Origin: Pseudomonadota bacterium
GTDB lineage: Bacteria > Pseudomonadota > Alphaproteobacteria > Rickettsiales > SXRF01
DNA: 64,000 nucleotides
Reading direction: 5' to 3'
Assembly (NCBI GenBank): GCA_963205195.1
Contig: CAUJHR010000020.1
Span: 29,589-93,588 of the forward strand
The notes under the pieces were generated by a model. It worked only from the letters and a program-made list of their open reading frames with translations. It made no database searches and had not been told where the DNA came from. Position numbers and translations under genes: made by a program. Positions 31,136-41,312 of the stretch are shown here, piece by piece. Positions within the stretch are counted from its first letter, which is position 1; each line of letters starts with the position of its first letter.

Positions 31136-32559
31136 AAAAATTAATTAGCCCAATAAAAACGATAGCCCAAGAACAAAGCGGATCTGCAATCCCGCTTATA
31201 GGCATGGGAATATTTGCAATGATGGGCTGCATAGGCGCGGCGATAGATATGTCGAGGGCGCAGCTTGTTCAGGCAAGGATGAGCAGCGCGCTTGATAATG
31301 CCGGACTTGCTGCAGCGGCAACTGCCAGCACAACCGATGTAAACAGCGAAGCCAATAAATATTTTAATGCCAACTTTCCAACCAGCTATATGGGTACGAC
31401 GCTTGATACATTGGTAGTTACACCCAATGCAGATAATAGTGTTTTAAATTTATCTATAACTGGGTCTGTGCCAACCACATTTATGAAGATAGTAGGCTAC
31501 GACAGCATGCCTATAGCTGCCTACGCACAGATCACACGGGGAAGCAAAGGATTGGAAGTTATACTGGTTATGGATAATACCGGATCAATGAACGACTCGG
31601 CAGGCAGTGGTGTTAGTAAGATTTCCGCCGCTAAAAGCGCAGCAAACGCACTGGTTGGCATACTTTTTGGGAGCAATGAAACCGTATCCAATCTATACAT
31701 AGGGCTGGTACCATTTTCACAGGCGGTCAATATTGGTACAGGACGCGCAAGCTGGACTAGCAGCACTTACCTGAACTGGGGAACTACCAGTTGGGGGGGC
31801 TGCGTGGAATCACGCAGTAATGGAACCCTTACTCCGCAATATGATATTACCGATGATACGCCTTCAACACGACTGTTTGATAAATATTACTGGCCTGATG
31901 ACGGAAGCAATAACTGGATAAGCACAACAACATGGCATGGCACTACCACAACTACATATAACATAAGCAGTTCAAGGGGACCTAACTTATACTGCCCAAA
32001 GGCAGTAACGCCAATGACATCAAGCAAAACCACTATAACCAATAGCATTAATGCAATGGCAACAGGCGGGAATACCCATATTGACCTGGGGCTTGCATGG
32101 GGATGGCGAATGATCTCACCAAAATGGCGCGGCTTATGGGGCGGGGAAATGGATACAAATAACCTGCCGCTGGATTATAATTCACCACTTATGAATAAAG
32201 CCATCATCCTTATGACCGACGGCGATAATACAATAAGCAATGGTAAATACAGTGCATATGATTACCCAAGTGCCGGGCAGCTTGGCCCCAACCCCTGCCC
32301 ATATGGGGATTGCACTAATGGCATAAACGAGGTTAACACCAGGACATCAACAGTTTGCAACAATATCAAAGCGAATAACAGCAACGTTATTATTTATACA
32401 ATAGCTTTAGGTACTGGCATCGGATCCACTGCGAAAACAATGCTACAGAACTGTGCAAGTAAACCAGAATATTATTTTGACAGCCCGACAACCGATGATC
32501 TGGCGAGCGCTTTTAATCAGATCGGAGACTCGCTTGCAAATTTGCGAATAAGCAAGTAG
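31123..32559 (+). CDS. tadG: TadG-like pilus assembly protein with a von Willebrand factor A domain
   Basis: 478 aa with the Tad N-terminal motif 'GSAIPLIGMGIFAMMGCIGAAIDMSRAQLVQARMSSALDNAGLAAA' and a vWA MIDAS-like 'VILVMDNTGSMND'. A strong SD (AAGGAGG) lies upstream. Confidence 0.8.
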   Translation: MFKLKKLISPIKTIAQEQSGSAIPLIGMGIFAMMGCIGAAIDMSRAQLVQARMSSALDNAGLAAAATASTTDVNSEANKYFNANFPTSYMGTTLDTLVVTPNADNSVLNLSITGSVPTTFMKIVGYDSMPIAAYAQITRGSKGLEVILVMDNTGSMNDSAGSGVSKISAAKSAANALVGILFGSNETVSNLYIGLVPFSQAVNIGTGRASWTSSTYLNWGTTSWGGCVESRSNGTLTPQYDITDDTPSTRLFDKYYWPDDGSNNWISTTTWHGTTTTTYNISSSRGPNLYCPKAVTPMTSSKTTITNSINAMATGGNTHIDLGLAWGWRMISPKWRGLWGGEMDTNNLPLDYNSPLMNKAIILMTDGDNTISNGKYSAYDYPSAGQLGPNPCPYGDCTNGINEVNTRTSTVCNNIKANNSNVIIYTIALGTGIGSTAKTMLQNCASKPEYYFDSPTTDDLASAFNQIGDSLANLRISK

Positions 32560-32569
32560 TATTTCGCGC

Positions 32570-33349
32570 ATGAATAGATGCGCGAAAATTTTATACTTCA
32601 TTATTGCAGCGGCAAACCTTGGTTTGCTTACCGCATGTGAGCAGCCTGAAATGGCAGGCGGCACTGCCCAGATTGAAACCATGCGGAAAAATGGTAATGA
32701 TCTTATTGAAAGCGGTAAGGAACAGGAAGCAATAACCGTATTTGATAAGATAATCGCCATCGACCCTAAGAATGCACTTGCATATAACGGCAAAGCCGTA
32801 GCATTCGACCACACTGGAAACCATTTGGCAGCACAAGACCTATACCAGACCGCACTTAAATTATCGCCGAATTCACTGGCTATCAAAAATAACCTTGCTA
32901 TGTCGCTTATCCTTAACAAGCAGGTAAAGCAGGCAATAGCGATTCTGGAACCACTGTCTAAAAAGCCAGGAATTGACAAAGACCAGTCTGGTGATGTTAT
33001 ACGCCATAACCTGGCATTGGCTTATGGAATTTCCGGGCAGTATGACAAGGCGACAAAAATTAACCGCAAAGATCTAAGTATTAAAGAAGCCAAGGAAAAC
33101 ATAGAATATTATAAAAACTACGTTGCCAATAACGGCAATAACACCAAGAAAGGTGTTCCAAACAAGCTATCAAACAACGAGCATAATGTGGGGTTTATAA
33201 CTCCGCCTGAGCCGCCTGCCGCACCGGTTAAAAAATCAGCTCCTGCTGCAATTAAAAACCTAAATGCTAAAACTGAACCAAAATCTTCTCAGGAAGCCAG
33301 CGAACCCGGCTTTTTCTCAAGGATGACCAGCTATGACTACCCCGATTAG
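32570..33349 (+). CDS. TPR-repeat lipoprotein, TadD-like
   Basis: 259 aa with the lipobox 'LGLLTAC' and TPR repeats (AITVFDKIIAIDPKNALAYNGKAVAF…AAQDLYQTALKLSPNS). Its position directly after tadG supports the call. Confidence 0.6.
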   Translation: MNRCAKILYFIIAAANLGLLTACEQPEMAGGTAQIETMRKNGNDLIESGKEQEAITVFDKIIAIDPKNALAYNGKAVAFDHTGNHLAAQDLYQTALKLSPNSLAIKNNLAMSLILNKQVKQAIAILEPLSKKPGIDKDQSGDVIRHNLALAYGISGQYDKATKINRKDLSIKEAKENIEYYKNYVANNGNNTKKGVPNKLSNNEHNVGFITPPEPPAAPVKKSAPAAIKNLNAKTEPKSSQEASEPGFFSRMTSYDYPD

Positions 33350-33482
33350 CCACTGAATTACTGGATTATTATCCGTAATTACTGGAATTGCTTGCTTTTT
33401 GGCTGTTTTTACATTAGCTTTAATTAACTAAATATTAAGCCTTGCCGCCCTAGAATCCTTGGCATAATGGATATGGATATTA

Positions 33483-34589
33483 ATGGCTATAATGAAAAAT
33501 AAATTACCGGGAATTTTTGTTATTGCATTACTTTGCATGCAATATTCTCCTTCCCAGGCGCAGGTGATGGATCCGCTTATAGAAGGCGCGAAATTATGTA
33601 CCCGCCACCTACAGCGTTATGAAACCCAGTATGGCATCCCATCACACCTTCTATCAGCAATAGCTTCCACCGAATCGGGACGCTACCATGAAGGCCTTAA
33701 GATAAAGCTGCCATGGCCATGGACCATAAACGCTGAGGGCAAAGGCTATTACTTCGATACCAAAGAAGAAGCAGTTGCGGCAGCATTAAAATTACAAGCC
33801 CGCGGGATTGAAAGTATTGACGTTGGATGCATGCAGGTCAATATACATCACCATCCTTCAGCTTTCGTATCTATGTCACAGGCTTTTGAGCCAGAAAATA
33901 ATGTTGCATATGCCGCGAGTTTTCTGCGTAACTTGTATCAAGATGACGGCTCATGGAAAAAAGCAGCCAGTGATTATCATTCAAAAACCCCTGACAGGGG
34001 CAGGCAATATGTAGGGCTGGTTTACAGCAGCTGGTTCAAAATAATAGATAAATTACGCGCCGCACGGCTTAACGTACCTGACAGCTCGGTAAATGGGCTT
34101 CGTGATATGAAAATTCCAGATACAAACCCTCAGCTTGCAGCAGTACCTTCCGGCCCCAAATATATAAAGGTTTCCGATTCCACCGGCACACAGAAAGAAG
34201 CGATATATAAAACACCAAGCATGAAAAGTATAAAAGTTACGTCGCAGGGAACAGTAATTGGAAGCAATGAATCAAGGAAACGTGAAAACGGTATCATAGT
34301 TGTACAGCCTGAAATTTCAGCAGCAACCATGAAGCCTGAGATTAAAAGAGCTAACGCTTCACTACCAGGCCCAGAAACAATGATTGTAGCAGATGCCAGC
34401 GGAGCGAGTACAAGGCAAAGCCTGCTTGACCTACCACCAAGCGCAGGAACAGCTAGCCCGGCGGCAGCAACCTCATCTGACCCAGGAGCAAAAATCATTC
34501 GCCTTGATAATAAATTAGTTAGCAGTAGACACCCTGTAAATACTGTGCCAAATAAAAAATCTGGACCAAACTTTATTTTCAACGACTGA
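33483..34589 (+). CDS. Lytic transglycosylase (SLT domain) protein with a long low-complexity C-terminus
   Basis: 368 aa with a signal peptide. The SLT catalytic region is 'IPSHLLSAIASTESGRYH…GCMQVN…NVAYAASFL'. Confidence 0.8.
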   Translation: MAIMKNKLPGIFVIALLCMQYSPSQAQVMDPLIEGAKLCTRHLQRYETQYGIPSHLLSAIASTESGRYHEGLKIKLPWPWTINAEGKGYYFDTKEEAVAAALKLQARGIESIDVGCMQVNIHHHPSAFVSMSQAFEPENNVAYAASFLRNLYQDDGSWKKAASDYHSKTPDRGRQYVGLVYSSWFKIIDKLRAARLNVPDSSVNGLRDMKIPDTNPQLAAVPSGPKYIKVSDSTGTQKEAIYKTPSMKSIKVTSQGTVIGSNESRKRENGIIVVQPEISAATMKPEIKRANASLPGPETMIVADASGASTRQSLLDLPPSAGTASPAAATSSDPGAKIIRLDNKLVSSRHPVNTVPNKKSGPNFIFND

Positions 34590-34602
34590 TTGCGAAAAAT
34601 CC

Positions 34603-34785
34603 ATGAGTAAATTTGAAGAAATACAAGTATCTTTTTTAGATGTAGCTTGCGATGGCGGCAGTGGCGCGCTTGGGCACCCAAAAGTTTATTTAAAAATCGA
34701 ACCAGACAAGGGAGCTATCGCGTGCCCTTATTGCAGCCGTACTTATGTACTTGCACAAAGTGCAAAGAGATCAGCTTCGCATTAA
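34603..34785 (+). CDS. zf-CHCC zinc-finger domain protein
   Basis: 60 aa. 'VACDGGSGALGHPKVYLKI…IACPYCSRTY' matches the small alphaproteobacterial and mitochondrial NDUFS6-like zinc-finger family. Confidence 0.7.
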   Translation: MSKFEEIQVSFLDVACDGGSGALGHPKVYLKIEPDKGAIACPYCSRTYVLAQSAKRSASH

Positions 34786-37700
34786 TTAGCTGCAGGCTTT
34801 TTCGGCTTATCAAATATATCGAATAATCCACGCAGGAAACCTGGCGTCAGGATGGATAACGGATTTACGCTTACCTTAGCGTTCTGCTCAGTGCCTTTGA
34901 TGCTGTAACGCGCAGCGAATACTCCCTGTCCCTCACCTCCTACCAGCATATCACCGAGTATAGGAACATTGCCCAGAACATTATTCAGCGTATAGGACGG
35001 CACTACTGTTCCCTCTAAATCAAGGGTCTTTTCCGGAAAGGTTATGGTGCCATCCACTGTCATTCCTATGGCAGGACCAAAAGTTTTTCCCTTTTCAATC
35101 GTTGCTACATCATTATGCAGCATGAAAGGAACATTAAGTTGTTTAAAACGTATGCCGTTTCCCTGGAGGGCATCAATAAACCCGGTGAGTGATGCAAGGG
35201 AAAGAACTTTGCCAAGGAGCGGTGCATCCTTAATTGTATGTTCGCTTATATCTAGATTGCCTTTAAGTGCACTTCCTGCTTCGTCATCTTTGTAAACCCC
35301 ATTTAATGTCAATGTACCGCCATTCATGCCATCGAGCACCCCAAGAGTATGCAGGAACGAACCCGCATCATCGGAAATTACCAGCAGCTTCCTCTGTTTT
35401 TTTGCATTTCTATCAATTTTGATAGCGAAAGCTTTTTTGGAATCACTATACCCTTCGAAATTAGCGTCCTGGCAGATATTTATATCGCAAAACAAATTGC
35501 CTTTTAATTCCGATAAAACCCTATCCTTACCTAATATAAGTTTTCCTATATCTGCCTTTAATTTAATCGCCGGAAAGTTTTTAAATGAAAAGCCACCATC
35601 ACTCATAGCCATATAAGAACTTAAATCCAGGCTATTCGCAGCTATATCAAGCCTAGTGCCACTTTCATTTTTCTCATAATTCATGCTTGCAATATCATTG
35701 CTGTCCAAAGAAAATTTTCCAAGATTTAGCTGAGCCAGTGTTGAAAAATCCTGCGAAAAAGCAGCTGAGCCTTTAGCATTGATTTTCTTACCGCTTAAAC
35801 TGAATGAATTTATTTTAAGTACACCATCTTTTTTTTCAGTTGCAAGCTCGAACTCAGCGGCTTCTCCGACTGGTTTCTTCCAGCCGATCCCCTCAAGGTT
35901 TATTTCAGCTTCTCCTAGATTAATGGTGGCTTCTACCTGTTCAGCTTTATCACCAAATTTAGCTTTGGCATTTACGCCTATTGAACCTTTCATAAAAGCA
36001 AATTCCGGATAACCAAAACGCTTTAAATTCTCCACCTGAGAATTGGCATTGATATCTAGAATGGTATCAATTCCCTTTTCCGGGGTGAATAAATATCTTA
36101 CTGTGCTTTTATTTACCGATGCTCCATTCACCTCCCCTATCCCTGAAAACTCAACGCCGTTATTGTCAACGCTTATGGAACCGCTAGCACCAGCTATATC
36201 AAATTTATGGAGAAAATCTTTCTGGCTAATACCTGCAACCACCGCTTTCACATCATATTTAATAGCATCCTCGGCTTTCTTGCCTTTTGGCGCAAAGAAA
36301 TTAAAGCCGACAGTGGCTTCCCCTTTTACCGTACCCTTCACTTCATTTTCATGAAGCCCAAGATGCTCAGCATGCTTTAGGCGTGGCAATCCTAAAAAAT
36401 GGACAATATCTTTTGCTGGTGCATCAGCATGCAAGTCGACTTTGATATATGGATTATCAGCGTTCAAATCCTCTATCAGCACATGGCCATTACTGAGCCT
36501 TGTTTTTTCAAGGTAATCGGCAGAAGTAATATCTGCCAGCAAGCCAACTCCATCAATATGTATCTTTCCCTTAACATGTGTTGTAGGCGGATGCTCTGGA
36601 AGATAAAGAATACTAAGGTTTTCAACATCAATATTAGCATCAACAGCTTCTTTTGGTAAAACTGTTTTAGCGAGATCACCTTTTTTAATATCAAGTGCAA
36701 GGGTAGCTTTTTCTATCTTGCCATTACTTATATTGCCCGTAACCCATTCTCGGGTAAGCGGTGAAACCGCAAGCGGCCATAACAGAGCGACTTTTTCGCT
36801 GGGCACGTCATGAAGTGTTAAGTCAGCATTGATCTCAGGCGTATTACTGGAATCGGCGGCAGTATCAAAAAAATTAGCATTGCCACTTGCCGTAAGCTGT
36901 GTCCCTTCAATATTAACCTTTAATATTTCAAGGTGCATATTCTGCAAATTATTAGTTAGAGTTGTTTTCAAACGTAAGCTTGCTACAGGGATAGGGCCAG
37001 CCAGACGTTTTGATATTATCGTGCCTTTCTGCCCATAAATATCAATGCTTGCCGCCTGTAATTTTCCCTGGATGCCAAATGATACGCCTATAATCCCGCT
37101 TACAGGCACTGCAAATGACCTCATATCTTCATTATCAGAAAACAGGCCAACCAGAATATCGGGCATTAATTCAGAAAATTCCACCTCACCATCAATTGAG
37201 GTATGGTTAGGTTTAAAAGAGAATTTAGTATTTATCTCCGCATTGTTCTCGCTGTAATGTATTTTCCCTGAGCTGCTTACTTTAATTTCACCATGCTTAC
37301 TACGCAGAAGATCTATATTAAGCCTGGAAGCTTCAAAAAACACATGCTGCCTGCTATTGCTGACTCGAAGCTCCGCGTTATTTATAGCTATTTTTCGCAG
37401 ATGCCGCAAACTTCCTGTTTCACTTTGCTCCAAAAATGAGGAAAGCAAAACGGAGAATGGTACTGTGGGAGCAATATCACTGGATTTACTATCATCTTTC
37501 TGCTCAAACCCGAAGCCAAAGCTCCTATCATCATTCTGCACAAGGTTCATAACCGGAGCTGACACTGTAAGCGATGTAGGTATCACCTGCCCCAGAGGCA
37601 GGTATAATATATCCACGCCTAGAGCTATTTCTGGAAAAACAGTGAATATTTTGCCTTCTTTTGTTACTACTGAAACATTACTCAGGCGTATATCTACCGG

Positions 37701-37880
37701 GTGTTTCCACCCATCCCAGATAAGGCGGGTTTCATCTATCTTAACGTTATAACTGCCATCAGTGCTGGAAAGGGCATCCTCAATATACGGGGTAATGGCA
37801 GCAAGCGAGCGTGGTCCCGTTGCTACCCATAAAAGCAAGGCATTAAACGCCAGCAGGCCAGAAATAACCAGCATCAGCAT
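34782..37880 (-). CDS. AsmA-like/YhdP-family (DUF3971) large envelope protein
   Basis: It has a single N-terminal TM helix, a long beta-rich body and the C-terminal 'VNPLSILTPGFLRGLFDIF' typical of the AsmA-like C-terminal region. The longest ORF reaches 38069 but would overlap the divergent glnE start by 76 nt. I call the Met at 37880 (MLMLVISGLL…), though the start is uncertain. Confidence 0.72.
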   Translation of the reverse strand: MLMLVISGLLAFNALLLWVATGPRSLAAITPYIEDALSSTDGSYNVKIDETRLIWDGWKHPVDIRLSNVSVVTKEGKIFTVFPEIALGVDILYLPLGQVIPTSLTVSAPVMNLVQNDDRSFGFGFEQKDDSKSSDIAPTVPFSVLLSSFLEQSETGSLRHLRKIAINNAELRVSNSRQHVFFEASRLNIDLLRSKHGEIKVSSSGKIHYSENNAEINTKFSFKPNHTSIDGEVEFSELMPDILVGLFSDNEDMRSFAVPVSGIIGVSFGIQGKLQAASIDIYGQKGTIISKRLAGPIPVASLRLKTTLTNNLQNMHLEILKVNIEGTQLTASGNANFFDTAADSSNTPEINADLTLHDVPSEKVALLWPLAVSPLTREWVTGNISNGKIEKATLALDIKKGDLAKTVLPKEAVDANIDVENLSILYLPEHPPTTHVKGKIHIDGVGLLADITSADYLEKTRLSNGHVLIEDLNADNPYIKVDLHADAPAKDIVHFLGLPRLKHAEHLGLHENEVKGTVKGEATVGFNFFAPKGKKAEDAIKYDVKAVVAGISQKDFLHKFDIAGASGSISVDNNGVEFSGIGEVNGASVNKSTVRYLFTPEKGIDTILDINANSQVENLKRFGYPEFAFMKGSIGVNAKAKFGDKAEQVEATINLGEAEINLEGIGWKKPVGEAAEFELATEKKDGVLKINSFSLSGKKINAKGSAAFSQDFSTLAQLNLGKFSLDSNDIASMNYEKNESGTRLDIAANSLDLSSYMAMSDGGFSFKNFPAIKLKADIGKLILGKDRVLSELKGNLFCDINICQDANFEGYSDSKKAFAIKIDRNAKKQRKLLVISDDAGSFLHTLGVLDGMNGGTLTLNGVYKDDEAGSALKGNLDISEHTIKDAPLLGKVLSLASLTGFIDALQGNGIRFKQLNVPFMLHNDVATIEKGKTFGPAIGMTVDGTITFPEKTLDLEGTVVPSYTLNNVLGNVPILGDMLVGGEGQGVFAARYSIKGTEQNAKVSVNPLSILTPGFLRGLFDIFDKPKKPAAN

Positions 37881-37993
37881 CACACCTAAAAAAAATCTGA
37901 ATATTTTGCTTCGCAATGTAATTTTGTCTCTTATGATACTGATTATATAGTAAAAGCTAAACAGACAATGCCATATAGATCGCAGAACAACAA

Positions 37994-40807
37994 ATGAAAA
38001 ACCCAGATGGTAATCTAATTTTTGAACAGGCAGCAGAAAAAGCGCGTAACCACTCGCAGTTCCTTTCACGGCTTTTACTCTTGCATAACGATGTAATCAT
38101 ATCCCTAAAGGAACATGGGGCTGATATAGCCTATGGTGAATTCTGCACATTAATGCAGCAGCTAGCACAAAAAGAATTGGAGCAACCAGAATTAATGCGG
38201 GAATTACGCCTTGCCAAAGGCAGGATCGCGCTGCTGGTCGCTCTTGCTGATATAGCAGGGGTATGGGAATTGGAAAAAGTTACCGCCGCACTTTCAGATT
38301 TCGCACAGGACTGCCTTATAATAACTATACGCCATTTGCTTGCTGCCGGTCAAAAACGGGGTGATATCACTCATGGTGAAAGCAGGGATAGTGGGCTTAT
38401 AATACTAGGAATGGGCAAGCTCGGCGGGCGTGAACTTAATTATTCGAGTGATATTGACCTTATAATATTTTATGAGCCGGGGAAGCTGGGTTATAAAGGG
38501 CGCTACAACGAGCAGCACTTTATGAACAAGCTGGCGCATGAGCTGGTTTCCATCATGCAGGACCGCACAAAGGACGGCTATGTTTTTAGAACAGATTTGC
38601 GCCTGCGCCCGGATCCCGCCTCTACACCACCAGCAGTTACTGTTGATGCAGCCTATAATTACTACGAAAGCGTGGGGCAGAACTGGGAACGCGCTGCCAT
38701 GATAAAAGCTCGCCCAGTCGCCGGGGACATGGAGGCAGGAGAGAAATTCCTAAAAAGCCTGACACCATTCATGTGGCGGCGCAGCTTAGATTTTGCTGCG
38801 ATCAATGACATACATTCCATAAAACGCCAGATGGACAGCCGAGAGAACAAGAACATAAAACCGCAAGGCCATAATATAAAACTAGGGCTGGGCGGTATCC
38901 GTGAGATAGAATTTTATACTCAGATACACCAGTTGATCTGGGGCGGGCGTGAGCCTGCCCTGCGCCTGCGCGCAACTTGCGATACCATGCTTATGCTGCG
39001 CGAACTGGGGCTTATAACCATAGATAAAGAAGAAACTTTGCGCGAGGCCTATATTTTCCTGCGTACGCTCGAACATCGCATACAGATGGTTGCAGATGAA
39101 CAAACCCATAATGTGCCTGATAGCGAAGCCGGTTTTCAAAATATCTCCAGCTTCATGGGATATGAAAATGTGAATAAATTTTCCACAGAGCTGCTTAAGC
39201 ATTTATATGCAGTGCATGGAATATATTCTTCATCATTTAAGGGCGGGGATCAGCTAGGGGATACTGGCAATCTTGTATTTACAGGAACAACGCATGACGA
39301 AGAAACACTAAAAACATTGCGGACAATGGGCTATAAGCAGCCGGATGTGATTTCTGAAATTGTTATGGGATGGCATCATGGCGGCGCACGCGCCACGCGC
39401 ACAAAACGTGCCCGTGAACTGCTTACAGAAATGATGCCTGCGCTGCTTAAGCGTTTATCTGAAACCGCCAATCCAGATACTGCATTCCTAAAATTCAATG
39501 AATTCCTGAAAAAGCTACCTGCTGCCATCCAGCTTTTTTCATTATTCCAAATGAACCAGCACCTTCTTGGTCTTATCGCTGATATAATGGGCAGTGCCCC
39601 TACCCTCGCCAACACGCTTAGCCACACACCCGAGCTTCTGGATGCAGTTATTTATGAAGATTTCTATTCAGGACTTCCTTCCCGCAGCCAGTTGGAATCG
39701 CAGCTTAAAGAAAAAATGAAGCATGTGGAATTCTTCGAAGACTATATGGATAATCTTCGTCAATTCCGCAATGAAAAGCAATTTCAGGCGGGGGTACACC
39801 TGCTTAAACATATGATAGATGCGAGTGAAGCAGGCGAGTTTTTAACTATACTCGCTGAGTGTGTAATAAATAAAGCTTTGGAAGCTGTGGTTTTGGAATT
39901 TGAAAAAACTTACGGTAAAATACCAGGAAGCCATTTTGCTATCATGGCACTTGGGAAACTGGGCAGCCGCGAGCTTACATTCCTTTCCGATATAGACCTT
40001 GTTTTTGTCTACGACGCGCCAGATTTTGAAGCCTATTCAGACGGCGAAAAATCCTTCACCGCCAGCGTTTATTATAACCGCCTGACCCAGCGCGTGCTTA
40101 ATGCCCTTACCGGCATGGGGCGCGACGGCAGGCTTTATGAGGTCGATACGAGGTTGCGCCCATCAGGAAAGGATGGATCGCTCGCAGTGAGCAAACCTGC
40201 ACTCATAAATTATTTTGAAGGAGCGGCATGGACATTCGAATATATGGCATTCACCAAGGCACGCGTGATAGCAGGGGATAAATCACTGGTGGATGAGCTT
40301 GAGATTTTTATTATCAAGCAAATGACTAAGCCGCGTGATATGGATAAACTGCAAAATGACGTGGCTGATATGCGCGAGCGTATTGCCAAAGAATATAGTG
40401 CCGAGAATCCATGGGATATAAAATACGCACGCGGCGGGCTGATCGATATTGATTTCATCGCTCAATATATGATCCTTAAACACGCCCCTAACCTGCTTGG
40501 AACCAGATCAGGAAGCGCTGGCGATATTTTTACAATGCTTAAACATGCAGGCTGCATCGATGAAAAAACAGCGGATGAATTATTAGCCGCCAAAGAGTTT
40601 TTAGAGCAGATATTCAATATGCTCCGCCTATGCTCGGATAATAAATTCGATAGCAAAACCGCCCCTGAAGGCCTAAAAAAACTGCTGGTGGAAACTGTGG
40701 ATGAAAAAGATTTTGAGAAGCTGAATGAGCGGCTGATACAGGTTGAAAAAACCGTATATGACTATTATAAATCACTGATAACCCCAATTTACAAGGAGAT
40801 GATATGA
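37994..40807 (+). CDS. glnE: Bifunctional glutamine synthetase adenylyltransferase/adenylyl-removing enzyme GlnE
   Basis: 937 aa with two nucleotidyltransferase modules: 'GMGKLGGRELNYSSDIDLIIFY' and 'ALGKLGSRELTFLSDIDLVFVYD'. Confidence 0.92.
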   Translation: MKNPDGNLIFEQAAEKARNHSQFLSRLLLLHNDVIISLKEHGADIAYGEFCTLMQQLAQKELEQPELMRELRLAKGRIALLVALADIAGVWELEKVTAALSDFAQDCLIITIRHLLAAGQKRGDITHGESRDSGLIILGMGKLGGRELNYSSDIDLIIFYEPGKLGYKGRYNEQHFMNKLAHELVSIMQDRTKDGYVFRTDLRLRPDPASTPPAVTVDAAYNYYESVGQNWERAAMIKARPVAGDMEAGEKFLKSLTPFMWRRSLDFAAINDIHSIKRQMDSRENKNIKPQGHNIKLGLGGIREIEFYTQIHQLIWGGREPALRLRATCDTMLMLRELGLITIDKEETLREAYIFLRTLEHRIQMVADEQTHNVPDSEAGFQNISSFMGYENVNKFSTELLKHLYAVHGIYSSSFKGGDQLGDTGNLVFTGTTHDEETLKTLRTMGYKQPDVISEIVMGWHHGGARATRTKRARELLTEMMPALLKRLSETANPDTAFLKFNEFLKKLPAAIQLFSLFQMNQHLLGLIADIMGSAPTLANTLSHTPELLDAVIYEDFYSGLPSRSQLESQLKEKMKHVEFFEDYMDNLRQFRNEKQFQAGVHLLKHMIDASEAGEFLTILAECVINKALEAVVLEFEKTYGKIPGSHFAIMALGKLGSRELTFLSDIDLVFVYDAPDFEAYSDGEKSFTASVYYNRLTQRVLNALTGMGRDGRLYEVDTRLRPSGKDGSLAVSKPALINYFEGAAWTFEYMAFTKARVIAGDKSLVDELEIFIIKQMTKPRDMDKLQNDVADMRERIAKEYSAENPWDIKYARGGLIDIDFIAQYMILKHAPNLLGTRSGSAGDIFTMLKHAGCIDEKTADELLAAKEFLEQIFNMLRLCSDNKFDSKTAPEGLKKLLVETVDEKDFEKLNERLIQVEKTVYDYYKSLITPIYKEMI

Positions 40808-41298
40808 AATCCGCTGAAAAAACCAATGATGACCGCCTGGCAGTTGGCGATAACGCTCCGGCGTTCGATATGCCTACCAATTCTGGCGGAAACGCCAGCC
40901 TTTCCTCGCTTGCCGGAAAAAATATCGTTCTTTATTTTTACCCTAAGGACGACACTCCCGGTTGCACCGTAGAAGCCAAGGATTTCCGCGATAATATCAA
41001 GGAATTTGACAAGGCAGACACTGTGATAATTGGAGTTTCCAAGGATTCCATCAAAAGCCACGAGAAATTCGTGGAAAAATACTGCCTGCCTTTCGCACTG
41101 GCATCCTCAGAAAATACAAGCACTTTAGAGGATTACGGTGTGTGGAAAGAGAAATTCAACTATGGAAAAAGCTATCTTGGCATAGAAAGAACTACTTTTT
41201 TGATTGATAAAAAGGGAATTATCCGCCAGATATGGCGCAAAGTAAAAGTGGATGGGCATGTGGCCGCTGTTTTGGAAGCTGCTAAAGGCCTTAAATAA
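40804..41298 (+). CDS. bcp: Thioredoxin-dependent thiol peroxidase Bcp (peroxiredoxin)
   Basis: 164 aa with 'VLYFYPKDDTPGCTVEAKDF'. An ATGA overlap links it to the glnE stop. Confidence 0.9.
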   Translation: MKSAEKTNDDRLAVGDNAPAFDMPTNSGGNASLSSLAGKNIVLYFYPKDDTPGCTVEAKDFRDNIKEFDKADTVIIGVSKDSIKSHEKFVEKYCLPFALASSENTSTLEDYGVWKEKFNYGKSYLGIERTTFLIDKKGIIRQIWRKVKVDGHVAAVLEAAKGLK

Positions 41299-41312
41299 CG
41301 GGAAAACAATAA

